From: the human T2T-CHM13v2.0 reference genome, Homo sapiens
DNA length: 64,000 bases
NCBI RefSeq assembly: GCF_009914755.1
Contig: NC_060933.1
Strand: one strand, 5' to 3'
The notes beneath the pieces were generated by a model. The model worked only from the letters and a program-made list of their open reading frames with translations, was not told the DNA's origin and made no database searches. A program made the translations under genes and the position numbers. Positions 1-14,000 of the stretch are shown here, one piece after another (position 1 is the first letter of the stretch; every line of letters starts with the position of its first letter).

Positions 1-1029
1 CCATTCCGTTCCATTCCATTCCATTACATTCGGATTGATTCTATTCAACTCCCTTACTCTCCATTACATTCCATTCCATTCGGGTTGTTCCATTCCATTC
101 CATTCCATTCCACTCCATTCCATTGCACTCGGGTTGATTCCATTCCATTCCATTCAATTCCATTCCATTCCATTCCGTTCCGGAAGATTCCATTCCATTG
201 CATTCCATTCCATTCCATTCCCCTGCACTCGCGTTGATTCCATTCCATTCCATTCTATTCCATTCCATTCCCTTCCTTTCCGTTCCATTCCATTCCATTC
301 CATTCCATTCCATTCCGTTCCATTCCATTCCATTCCATTCTATTCGGGTTAATTCCATTCCATTCCATTCGAATGCAATCTAGTTGATTCCATTCCATTC
401 CATTCCATTCCATTCCATTCCATTCCATTCCATTCCATTACGGATGATTCCATTCCATTGCATTCCATTCCATTCCATTCCCCTGTACTCGGGTTGATTC
501 CATTCCATTCCATTCCAATCCATGTCATTCCACTCGTGTTGATTCCATTCTTTCCATTCCATTCAAGTTGAATCCATTCCATTGCATTCCATTCCATTCG
601 ATTCCATTCGATTGCACTCGGGTTGATTCCATTCCATTGCATTCCATTCCATTCCATTCCATTCCATTCCATTCCATTCCATTCCGTTCCATTCCATTCC
701 ATTACATTCGGATTGATTCTATTCAATTCCCTTACACTCCATTACATTCCATTCCATTCGGGTAGTTTCCATTCCATTCCATTCCATTCCTCTCCATTTC
801 ATTGAACTCGGGTTGATTCCATTCCTTTGCATTCCATTCCATTCCATTCCATTCAATTCCGTTCCATTCCATTCCATTACATTCGGATAGATTCTATTCA
901 ACTCCCTTACTCTCCATTACATTCCATTCCATTCGGGTTGTTCCATTCCATTCCATTCCATTCCACTCCATTCCATTGCACTCGGGTTTATTCCATACCA
1001 TTCCATTCCATTCCATTCAATTCCATTCC

Positions 1030-1044
1030 ATTCCGGAAGATTCC
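1030..1044. promoter_or_regulatory. Perfect three-unit heat shock element motif aTTCcgGAAgaTTCc (representative of ~37 copies)
   Basis: The sequence matches the HSF consensus nTTCnnGAAnnTTCn exactly. HSF1 binding to Sat III is established, but occupancy of this array is not shown. Confidence 0.6.
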
Positions 1045-1206
1045 ATTCCATTGCATTCCATTCCATTCCATTCCCCTGCACTCGCGTTGATTCCATTCCA
1101 TTCCATTCCATTCCATTCCGTTCCTTTCCGTTCCATTCCATTCCATTCCGTTCCGTTCCATTCCATTCCATTCCATTCTATTCGGGTTAATTCCATTCCA
1201 TTCCAT

Positions 1207-1220
1207 TCGATTGCAATCGA
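1207..1220. repeat. 14 bp perfect palindrome TCGATTGCAATCGA (representative of ~30 copies)
   Basis: Self-reverse-complementary. Also present at e.g. 3518, 4951 and 11301, typically ~20 bp after ATTCGGGTTAA. Confidence 0.9.
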
Positions 1221-4200
1221 GTTGATTCCATTCCATTCCATTCCATTCCATTCCATTCCTTTCCATTCCATTCCATTCCTTTCCATTCCATTACGGATGA
1301 TTCCATTCCATTGCATTCCATTCCATTCCATTTCCCTCTACTCGGGTTGATTCCATTCCATTCCATTCCAATCCATGCCATTCCACTCGTGTTGATTCCA
1401 TTCTTTCCCTTCCATTCAAGTTGAATCCATTCCATTGCATTCCATTCCATTCCATTCCCCTGCAGTCGGGTTGATTCCATTCCATTCCATTCCATTCCAT
1501 TCCATTCCATTCCATTCCATTCCGATCAAGTTGATTCCATTCCATTCCATTCCATTGCATTCCATTCCATTCCACTCCATTCCAGTCCTTTCCATTCCCT
1601 TCCACTCGGGTTGATTCCAATGTATTCCTTTCCATTCCATTCCATTCCATTGCAATGGAGTTGATTCCATTGCTTTGCATTCCATTCCATTCGATTCCAT
1701 TCCGGATGATTCCATTCCATTGCATTGTATTCCATTCCATTCCCCTGCACTCGGGTTGATTCCATTCCATTCCACTCCATTCCATTCCATTCCATTCCAT
1801 TCCAATGTATTCGGGTTAATTCCATTCCATTCCATTCCATTCCATTCCATTCCATTACAATCGAGTTGATTCCATTCCATTCCATTCCATTCCATTGCAT
1901 TCCATTCCATGCCATTCCACTCGGGTTGATTCCATTCCTTTGCATTCCATTCCATTCCATTCCATTCCATTCCATTCCATTCCATTCCGTTGCATTCCAT
2001 TCCATTACATTCCGATTGATTCTATTCAACTCCCTTACTCTCCATTACATTCCATTCCATTCGGGTTGTTCCATTCCATTCCATTCCATAACACTCCATT
2101 CCATTGCACTCGGGTTGATTCCATTCCATTCCATTCCATTCCATTCCATTCCATTCCGGATGATTCCATTCCATTGCATTCCGTTCCATTACATTCCCCT
2201 GCACTCGCGTTGATTCCATTCCATTCCATTCCATTCCATTCAATTCCATTCCATTACAATTCGTTCCATTCCATTCTATTCCGTACCATTCCATTCCATT
2301 CCATACCATTCCATTCCATTCCATTCCATTCCGTTCCATTCCGTTCCATTCCATTCCATTCCATTCTATTCGGGTTAATTCCATTCCATCCAATTCCATT
2401 CCATTCTATTCCATTCCATTGCAATCGAGTTGAATCCATTGCATTTCATTCCGTTCCATTCCATTCCATTGCGGAAGATTCCATTCCATTGCATTCCATT
2501 CCATTCCATTCCCCTGCACTCGCGTTGATTCCATTCCGTTCCATTCCATTCCATTCCGTTCCGTTCCGCTCCGTTCCATTCCATTCCATTCCATTCCATT
2601 CCGTTCCGTTCCATTCCATTCCATTCCATTCTATTCGGGTTAATTTCATTCCATTCCATTCGATTGCAATCGTGTTGATTCCATTCCATTCCATTCCATT
2701 CCATTCCATTCCATTCCATTCCTTTCCATTCCATTACGGATGATTCCATTCCATTGCATTCCATTCCATTCCATTCCCCTGTACTCGGGTTGATTCCATT
2801 CCATTGCATTCCAATCCATGCCCTTCCACTCGTGTTGATTCCATTCTTTCCATTCCATTCAAGTTGAATCCATTCCATTGCATTCCATTCCATTCGATTC
2901 CATTCGATTGCACTCGGGTTGATTCCATTCCATTGCATTCCATTCCATTCCTTTCCATTCTATTCCATTCCGTTCCATTCCATTCCATTACATTCGGATT
3001 GATTCTATTCAATTCCCTTACACTCCATTACATTCCATTCCATTCGGGTAGTTTCCATTCCATTCCATTCCATTCCTCTCCATTCCATTGCACTCGGGTT
3101 GATTCCATTCCATTGCATTCCATTCCATTCCATTCAATTCCATTCCGTTCCATTCCATTCGATTACATTCGGATTGATACTATTCATCTCCCTTAGTCTC
3201 CATTACATTCCATTCCATTCGGGTTGTTCCATTCCATTCCATTCCATTCCACTCCATTCCATTGCACTCGGGTTGATTCCATTCCATTCCATTCCATTCC
3301 ATTCCATTCCATTCCATTCCGGAAGATTCCATTCCATTGCATTCCATTCCATTCCATTCCCCTGCACTCGCGTTGATTCCATTCCATTCCATTCCATTCC
3401 ATTCCATTCCATTCCATTCCATTCCTTTCCATTCCGTTCCGTTCCGTTCCGTTCCGTTCCGTTCCGTTCCATTCCATTCCATTCCATTCTATTCGGGTTA
3501 ATTCCATTCCATTCCATTCGATTGCAATCGAGTTGATTCCATTCCATTCCATTCCATTCCATTCCATTCCATTCCATTCCTTTCCATTCCATTACGGATG
3601 ATTCCATTCCATTGCATTGCATTCCATTCCATTCCCCTGTACTCGGGTTGATTCCATTCCATTCCATTCCAATCCATGCCATTCCACTCGTGTTGATTCC
3701 ATTCTTTCCATTCCATTCAAGTTGAATCCATTCCATTGCATTCCATTCCATTCCATTCCCCTGCAGTCGGGATGATTCCATTCCATTCCATTCCATTCCA
3801 TTCCATTCCATTCCGTTCCGTTCCGTTCCATTTCATTCCATTCCTTTCTACTTGGGTTAATTCCATTCCATTCCATTCCATTCCATTCCATTCCATTCCA
3901 ATCGAGTTGATTCCATTCCATTCCATTCCATTCCATTCCACTCCATTCCAGTCCTTTCCATTCCATTCCACTCGGGTTGATTCCAATGTATTCCTTTCCA
4001 TTCCATTCCATTCCATTGCAATCGAGTTGATTCCATTGCTTTGCATTCCATTCCATTCCATTCCATTCAGGATGATTCCATTCCATTGCATTCCATTCCA
4101 TTCCATTCCCCTGCACTCGTGTTGATTCCATTCCATTTCACTCCATTCCGTTCCATTCCATTCCATTCCATTGTATTCGGGTTAATTCCATTCCATTCCA

Positions 4201-7200
4201 TTCCATTCCATTCCATTCCATTCCAATCGAGTTGATTCCATTCCATTCCATTCCATTCCAGTCCTTTCCATTCCATTCCACTCGGGTTGATTCCATTCTA
4301 TTAGTTTCCATTCCATTCCATTCCCTTCCATTCCACTCTGGTTGATTCCATTCCTTTCCATTCCACTCGAATACATTCCCTCCTATTCCACTCGGAACGA
4401 TTCCATTCCATTCCATTCCATTCCATTCCATTCCATTTCGTTCCATTCCATTCTATTCCGTATCATTCCATTCCATTGCATTCCATTCCATTCTATTCCA
4501 TTCCATTCCGTTGCATTCCATTCCATTACATTCGGAATGATTCTATTCAACTCCCTTACTCTCCATTACATTCCATTCCATTCGGGTTGTTCCATTCCAT
4601 TCCATTCCATTCCACTCCATTCCATTGCACTCGGGTTGATTCCATTCCATTCCATTCCATTCCATTCCATTCCAGTCCGGATGATTCCATTCCATTGCAT
4701 TCCGTTCCATTACATTCCCCTGCACTCGCGTTGTTTCCATTCCATTCCATTCCATTCCATTCAATTCCATTCCATTACAATTCGTTCCATTCCATTCTAT
4801 TCCGTACCATTCCATTCCATTCCATACCATTCCATTCCACTCCATTCCATTCCATTCCGTTCCATTCCGTTCCATTCCATTCCATTCCATTCCGTTCCGT
4901 TCCATTCCATTGCATTCCTTTCTATTCGGGTTAATTCCATTCCATTCCATTCGATTGCAATCGAGTTGATTCCATTCCATTCCATTCCATTCCATTCCAT
5001 TCCATTCCATTCCTTTCCATTCCATTACGGATGATTCCATTCCATTGCATTCCATTCCATTCCATTCCCCTGTACTCGGGTTGATTCCATTCCATTCCAT
5101 TCCAATCCATGCCATTCCACTCGTGTTGTTTCCATTCTTTCCATTCCATTCAAGTTGATTCCATTCCATTGCATTCCATTCCATTCCGTTCCGTTCCATT
5201 CCATTCCATTCCATTCCATTCCGTTCCGTTCCATTCCATTCCATTCTATTCGGGTTAATTCCATTCCATTCCATTCGATTGCAATCGAGTTGATTCCATT
5301 CCATTCCATTCCATTCCATTCCTTTCCATTCCATTACGGATGATTCCATTCCATTGCATTCCATTCCATTCCATTCCCCTGTACTCGGGTTGATTCCATT
5401 CCATTCCATTCCAATCCATGCCATTCCACTCTTGTTGATTCCATTCTTTCCATTCCATTCAAGTTGAATCCATTCCATTGCATTCCATTCCATTCCATTC
5501 CCCTGCAGTCGGGTTGATTCCATTCCATTCCATTCCATTCCATTCCATTCCATTCCATTCCGGATGATTCCTTTCCATTGCATTCCATTCCATTCCATTC
5601 CCCTGTACTCGGGTAGATTCCATTCCATTCCATTCCACTCCATTCGGTTCCGTTGCATTCCATTCTATTGCATTCCATTCTATTCGGGTTAATTCCATTC
5701 CATTCTATTCCATTCCATTCCATTCCATTCCATTGCAATGGAGTTGATTCCATTCCATTCCATTCCATTCCGGATGATTCCATTCCATTGAATTCCATTC
5801 CATTCCATTCTCCTGCACTCGTGTTGATTCCATTCCCTTCCATTCCATTCCATTCCGTTCCATTCCATTCCATTCCATTCTATTCCGGTTAATTCCATTC
5901 CATTCCATTCCATTCCATTCCATTCCATTGCAATCGAGTTGATTCCATTCCATTCCTTTCATTCCATTCCATTGACTTGCATTCCACTCGGGTTGATTCC
6001 ATTCCCTTCTTTCCACTCCATTACATTCCCTTCCATGATTGATTCCATTCCATTCCTTTCCATTCCATTCCATTGCCTTGCATTCCAATCGGGTTGATTC
6101 CATTCCCTTCTTTCCACTCCATTACATTCCCTTCCATTCCACTCGGAATGATTGATTCCATTCCATTCCATTCCATTTCATTCCATTGCAATCCATTCCA
6201 ATCCATTCCATTCCATTCCACTCGAGTTGAATTCATTCCATTCCTTTCCATTCCATTCCATTCCTTTCCACTCGAGTTGATTCCATTCCATTCCAATCCA
6301 TTGCATTCCATTCCATGCCATTCCACTCGGGTTGATTCCATTCCTTTGCATTCCATTCCATTCCATTCCATTCCATTCCATTCCATTCCATTCCATTCCA
6401 TTCCATTCCGTTGCATTCCATTCCATTACATTCGAATTGATTCTATTCAACTCCCTTACTCTCCATTACATTCCATTCCATTCGGGTTGTTCCATTCCAT
6501 TCCATTCCATTCCACTCCATTCCATTCCATTCCTCTCCATTCCATTGCACTCGGGTTGATTCCATTCCATTGCATTCCATTCCATTCCATTCAATTCCAT
6601 TCCGTTCCATTCCATTCCATTACATTCGGATTGATTCTATTCAACTCCCTTACTCTCCATTACATTCGATTCCATTCGGGTTGTTCCATTCCATTCCATT
6701 CCATTCCACTCCATTCCATTGCACTCGGGTTGATTCCATTCCATTCCATTCCATTCCGGAGGATTCCATTCCATTACATTACATTACATTACATTCCCCT
6801 GCACTCGCGTTGATTCCATTCCATTCCATTCCATTCCATTCCATTCCATTCCATTCCTTTCCGTTCCATTCCATTCAATTCCATTCCGTTCCGTTCCTAT
6901 CCGTTCCGTTCAATTCCATTCCATTCCATTCTATTCGGGTTAATTCCATTCCATTCCATTCGATTGCGATCGAGTTGATTCCATTCCATTCCATTCCATT
7001 CCATTCTTTTCAATTCCATTACGGATGATTCCATTCCATTGCATTCCATTCCATTCCATTCCCCTGTACTCGGGTTGATTCCATTCCATTCCATTCCAAT
7101 CCATGCCATTCCACTCGTGTTGATTCCATTCTTTCCATTGCATTCAAGTTGAATCCATTCCATTGCATTCCATTCCATTCGATTCCATTCGATTGCACTC

Positions 7201-8050
7201 GGGTTGATTCCATACCATTGCATTCCATTCCATTCCATTTCATTCCATTCCATTCCTTTCCATTCCATTCCATTCCATTCCATTCCATTCCATTCCATTG
7301 CAATCGAGTTGATTCCATTCCATTCCATTCCATTCCATTCCATTCCATTGCAATCGAGTTGATTCCATTCCATTCCTTTCCATTCCATTCCATTGCCTTG
7401 CATTCCAATCGGGTTGATTCTATTCCCTTCTTTCCACTCCATTACATTCCCTTCCATTCCACTCGGAATGATTGATTCCATTCCATTCCATTCCATTTCA
7501 TTCGGTTGCAATCCATTCCAATCTATTCCATTCCATTCCATTCCACTCGAGTTGATTTCATTCCATTCCTTTCCATTCCATTCCATTCCTTTCCACTCGA
7601 GTTGATTCCATTCCATTCCATTCCATTGCATTCCATTCCATGCCATTCCACTCGGGTTGATTCCATTCCATTGCATTCCATTCCATTCCATTCCATTGTA
7701 TTCGGGTTAATTCCATTCCATTCCATTCCATTCCATTCCATTCCATTCCATTCCATTCCATTACAATCGAGTTGATTCCATTCCATTCCATTCCATTCCA
7801 GTCCTTTCCATTCCATTCCACTCGGGTTGATTCCATTCTATTAGTTTCCATTCCATTCCATTCCCTTCCATTGTATTCGGGTTAATTCCATTCCATTCCA
7901 TTCCATTCCATTCCATTCCATTCCATTACAATCGAGTTGATTCCATTCCATTCCATTCCATTCCATTCCAGTCCTTTCCATTCCACTCCACTCGGGTTGA
8001 TTCCATTCTATTAGTTTCCATTCCATTCCATTCCCTTCCATTCCACTCTT

Positions 8051-11000
8051 GTTGATTCCATTCCTTTCCATTCCACTCGAATACATTCCCTCCTATTCCA
8101 CTCGGAACGATTCCATTCCATTCCATTCCATTCCATTCCATTCCATTCCATTTCGTTCCATTCCATTCTATTCCGTATCATTCCATTCCATTCCATTCCA
8201 TTCCATTCCATTCCATTGTACTCGGTTTGATTCCATTCCATTGCATTCCATTCCATTCGATTCCATTCCATTCCGTTGCATTCCATTCCATTACATTCGA
8301 ATTGATTCTATTCAACTCCCTTACTCTCCATTACATTACATTCCATTCGGGTTGTTCCATTCCATTCCATTCCATTCCACTCCATTCCATTGCACTCGGG
8401 TTGATTCCATTCCATTCCATTCCATTCCATTCCATTCCATTCCATTCCATTCCGGATGATTCCATTCCATTGCATTCCGTTCCATTACATTCCCCTGCAC
8501 TCACGTTGATTCCATTCCATTCCATTCCATTCCATTCCATTCAATTCCATTCCATTACAATTCGTTCCATTCCATTCTATTCCGTACCATTCCATTCCAT
8601 TCCATACCATTCCATTCCATTCCATTCCGTTCCGTTCCGTTCCATTCCATTCCATTCCATTCTATTCGGGTTAATTCCATTCCATTCCATTCGATTGCAA
8701 TCGGGTTGATTCCATTCCATTCCATTCCATTCCATTCCATTCCATTCCATTCCATTACAATCGAGTTGATTCCATTCCATTCCATTCCATTCCAGTCCTT
8801 TCCATTCCATTCCACTCGGGTTGATTCCATTCTATTAGTTTCCATTCCATTCCATTCCCTTCCATTCCACTCTGGTTGATTCCATTCCTTTCCATTCCAC
8901 TCGAATACATTCCCTCCTATTCCACTCGGAACGATTCCATTCCATTCCATTCCATTCCTTTCCATTCAATTCCATTTCGTTCCATTCCATTCTATTCCGT
9001 ATCATTCCATTCCATTCCATTCCATTCCATTCCATTCCATTCCATTGTTCTCGGGTTGATTCCATTCCGTTGCATTCCATTCCATTCCATTCCATTCCAT
9101 TCCGTTGCATTCCATTCCATTACATTCGGATTGATTCTATTCAACTCCCTTACTCTCCATTACATTCCATTCCATTCGGGTTGTTCCATTCCATTCCATT
9201 CCATTCCACTCCATTCCATTGCACTCGGGTTGATTCCATTCCATTCCATTCCATTCCATTCCATTGCGGATGATTCCATTCCATTGCATTCCGTTCCATT
9301 ACATTCCCCTGCACTCGCGTTGATTCCATTCCATTCCATTCCATTACATTCAATTCCATTCCATTACAATTCGTTTCATTCCATTCTATTCCGTACCATT
9401 CCATTCCATTCCATACCATTCCATTCCATTCCGTCCCATTCCATTCCGTTCCATTCCGTTCCATTCCATTCCATTCCATTCTATTCGGATTAATTGCATT
9501 CCATTCCATTTCATTCCATTCTATTCCATTCCATTGCAATCGAGTTGAATCCATTGCATTTCATTCCATTCCATTCCATTCCATTCCATTACGGAAGTTT
9601 CCATTCCATTGCATTCCATTCCATTCCATTCCCCTGCACTCGCGTTGATTCCATTCCATTCCATTCCATTCCATTCCGTTCCGTTCCATTCCATTCCATT
9701 CCATTCTGTTCCGTTCCATTCCATTCCATTCCATTCTATTTGGGTTAATTCCATTCCATTCCATTCGATTGCAATCGAGTTGATTCCATTCCATTCCATT
9801 CCATTGCATTCCATTCCATTCCAATCCTTTCCATTCCATTACGGATGATTCCATTCCACTGCATTCCATTCCATTCCATTCCCCTGTACTCGGGTTGATT
9901 CCATTCCATTCCATTCCAATCCATGCCATTCCACTCTTGTTGATTCCATTCTTTCCATTCCATTCAAGTTGATTCCATTCCATTGCATTCCATTCCATTC
10001 GATTCCATTCGATTGCACTCGAGTTGATTCCATTCCATTGCATTCCATTCCATTCCATTCCATTCCATTCCATTCCATTCCGTTCCGTTCCATTCCATTC
10101 CATTACATTCGGATTGATTCTATTCAACTCCCTTACTCTCCATTACATTCCATTCCATTCGGGTTGTTCCATTCCATTCCATTCCATTCCACTCCATTCC
10201 ATTGCACTCGGGTTGATTCCATTCCATTCCATTCCATTCCATTCCATTCCATTCCATTCCGGAAGATTCCATTCCATTGCATTCCATTCCATTCCATTCC
10301 CCTGCACTCGCGTTGATTCCATTCCATTCCATTCTATTCCATTCCATTCCCTTCCTTTCCGTTCCATTCCATTCCATTCCATTCCATTCCGTTCCCTTCC
10401 ATTCCATTCCATTCCATTCTATTCGGGTTAATTCCATTCCATTCCATTCGAATGCAATCGAGTTGATTCCATTCCATTCCATTCCATTCCATTCCATTCC
10501 ATTCCATTCCATTCCATTACGGATGATTCCATTCCATTGCATTCCATTCCATTCCATTCCCCTGTACTCGGGTTGATTCCATTCCATTCCATTCCAATCC
10601 ATGTCATTCCACTCGTGTTGATTCCATTCTTTCCATTCCATTCAAGTTGAATCCATTCCATTGCATTCCATTCCATTCGATTCCATTCGATTGCACTCGG
10701 GTTGATTCCATTCCATTGCATTCCATTCCATTCCATTCCATTCCATTCCATTCCATTCCGTTCCATTCCATTCCATTACATTCAGATTGATTCTATTCAA
10801 TTCCCTTACACTCCATTACATTCCATTCCATTCGGGTAGTTTCCATTCCATTCCATTCCATTCCTCTCCATTTCATTGAACTCGGGTTGATTCCATTCCT
10901 TTGCATTCCATTCCATTCCATTCCATTCCATTCCATTCCATTCCGTTCCATTCCATTCCATTACATTCAGATTGATTCTATTCAATTCCCTTACTCTCCA

Positions 11001-14000
11001 TTACATTCCATTCCATTCGGGTTGTTCCATTCCATTCCATTCCATTCCACTCCATTCCATTGCACTCGGGTTTATTCCATACCATTCCATTCCATTCCAT
11101 TCAATTCCATTCCATTCCGGAAGATTCCATTCCATTGCATTCCATTCCATTCCATTCCCCTGCACTCGCGTTGATTCCATTCCATTCCATTCCATTCCAT
11201 TCCGTTCCGTTCCGTTCCATTCCATTCCATTCCATTCCATTCCGTTCCGTTCCATTCCATTCCATTCCATTCTATTCGGGTTAATTCCATTCCATTCCAT
11301 TCGATTGCAATCGAGTTGATTCCATTCCATTCCATTCCATTCCATTCCATTCCTTTCCATTCCATTCCATTCCTTTCCATTCCATTACGGATGATTCCAT
11401 TCCATTGCATTCCATTCCATTCCATTCCCCTGTACTCGGGTTGATTCCATTCCATTCCATTCCAATCCATGCCATTCCACTCGTGTTGATTCCATTCTTT
11501 CCCTTCCATTCAAGTTGAATCCATTCCATTGCATTCCATTCCATTCCATTCCATTCCGATCAAGTTGATTCCATTCCATTCCATTCCATTGCATTCCATT
11601 CCATTCCACTCCATTCCAGTCCTTTCCATTCCCTTCCACTCGGGTTGATTCCAATGTATTCCTTTCCATTCCATTCCATTCCATTGCAATCGAGTTGATT
11701 CCATTGCTTTGCATTCCATTCCATTCGATTCCATTCCGGATGATTCCATTCCATTGCATTGTATTCCATTCCATTCCCCTGCACTCGGGTTGATTCCATT
11801 CCATTCCACTCCATTCCATTCCATTCCATTCCATTCCATTGTATTCGGGTTAATTCCATTCCATTCCATTCCATTCCATTCCATTCCATTACAATCGACT
11901 TGATTCCATTCCATTCCATTCCATTCCAGTCCTTTCCATTCCATTCCACTCGGGTTGATTCCATTCTATTAGTTTCCATTCCATTCCATTCCCTTCCGTT
12001 GTATTCGGGTTAATTCCATTCCATTCCATTCCATTCCATTCCATTCCATTACAAACGAGTTGATTCCATTGCATTCCATTCCATTCCAGTCCTTTCCATT
12101 CCATTCCACTCGGGTTGATTCCATTCTATTAGTTTCCATTCCATTCCATTCCCTTCCATTCCACTCTGGTTGATTCCATTCCTTTCCATTCCACTCGAAT
12201 ACATTCCCTCCTATTCCACTCGGAACGATTCCATTCCATTCCATTCCATTCCTTTCCATTCAATTCCATTTCGTTCCATTCCATTCTATTCCGTATCATT
12301 CCATTCCATTCCATTCCATTCCATTCCATTCCATTCCATTCCATTGTACTCGGGTTGATTCCATTCCATTGCATTCCATTCCATTCCATTCCATTCCATT
12401 CCATTCCGTTGCATTCCATTCCATTACATTCGGATTGATTCTATTCAACTCCCTTACTCTCCATTACATTCCATTCCATTCGGGTTGTTCCATTCCATTC
12501 CATTCCATTCCACTCCATTCCATTGCACTCGGGTTGATTCCATTCCATTCCATTCCATTCCATTCCATTCCATTCCGGATGATTCCATTCCATTGCATTC
12601 CGTTCCATTACATTCCCCTGCACTCGCGTTGATTCCATTCCATTCCATTCCATTCCATTCCATTCCATTCCATTCCATTACAATTCGTTCCATTCCATTC
12701 TATTCCGTACCATTCCATTCTATTCCATACCATTCCATTCCATTCCATTCCATTCCATTCCATTCCAGTCTGTTCCATTCCGTTCCATTCCATTCCATTC
12801 CATTCTATTCGGATTAATTGCATTCCATTCCATTTCATTCCATTCTATTCCATTCCATTGCAATCGAGTTGAATCCATTGCATTTCATTCCATTCCATTC
12901 CATTCCATTCCATTCCGGAAGTTTCCATTCCATTGCATTCCATTCCATTCCATTCCCCTGCACTCGCGTTGATTCCATTCCATTCCATCCATTCCATTCC
13001 GTTACGTTCCATTCCATTCCATTCCATTCCGTTCCGTTCCATTCCATTCCATTCCATTCTATTCGGGTTAATTCCATTCCATTCCATTCGATTGCAATAG
13101 AGTTGATTCCATTCCATTACATTCCATTCCATTCCATTCCATTCCATTCCTTTCTATTCCATTACGGATGATTCCATTCCATTGCATTCGATTCCATTCC
13201 ATTCCCCTGCACTCGTGTTGATTCCATTCCATTCCATTGTATTCCATTCCATTCCCTTCCTTTGCGTTCCATTCCATTCCATTCCATTCTATTCCGTTCC
13301 GTTCCATTCCATTCCATTCCATTCTATTCGGGTTAATTCCATTCCATTCCATTCGATTGCAATCGAGTTGATTCCATTCCATTCCATTCCATTACATTCC
13401 ATTCCATTCCTTTCCATTCCATTATGGATGATTCCATTCCATTGCATTCCATTCCATTCCATTCCCCTGTACTCGGGTTGATTCCATTCCATTCCATTGC
13501 AATCCATGTCATTCCACTCGTGTTGATTCCATTCCTTCCATTCCATTCAAGTTGAATCCATTCCATTGCATTCCATTCCATTCGATTCCATTCGATTGCA
13601 CTCGGGTTGATTCCATTCCATTGCATTCCATTCCATTCCATTCCATTCCATTCCATTCCATTCCATTCCGTTCCATTCCATCCCATTACATTCGGATTGA
13701 TTCTATTCAATTCCCTTACACTCCATTATATTCCATTCCATTCGGGTAGTTTCCATTCCATTCCATTCCATTCCTCTCCATTTCATTGAACTCGGGTTGA
13801 TTCCATTCCATTCCATTCCATACCATTCCGGAAGATTCCATTCCATTGCATTCCATTCCATTCCATTCCCCTGCACTCGCGTTGATTCCATTCCATTCCA
13901 TTCCATTCCATTCCATTCAGTTCCGTTCCGTTCCGTTCCATTCCATTCCATTCCATTCCATTCCATTCCATTCCGTTCCGTTCCATTCCATTCCATTCCA

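Larger units (their letters stand above)
1..1890 (+). repeat. More diverged copy of the segment at ~10080-11920 and ~32905-34750
   Basis: ORF pairs 54..248/10133..10327/32958..33152 and 1675..1869/11709..11903/34539..34733. Shared rare variants are GAATGCAATC, CATGTCATT, CATTGAACTC and CCGATCAAG. Confidence 0.85.

Noticed and set aside
609-628. CGATTGCACTCGGGTTGATT resembles, from memory, the reverse complement of a commonly used Sat III (pHuR98, chr9) primer
   Set aside because: It supports Sat III identity only. The motif may be shared between arrays and I cannot verify the primer, so no chromosome is assigned.
6143-6160. TGATTGAT (PBX-like) and partial DUX4-like TGATT motifs
   Set aside because: These are short matches expected from spacer composition. 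No full DUX4 TAAYYYAATCA site was seen.
6772-6795. Short (CATTA)n and (CGTTC)n micro-expansions (also ~3435-3470, 27903, 44155)
   Set aside because: Ordinary slippage of variant pentamers, only 3-7 units long.
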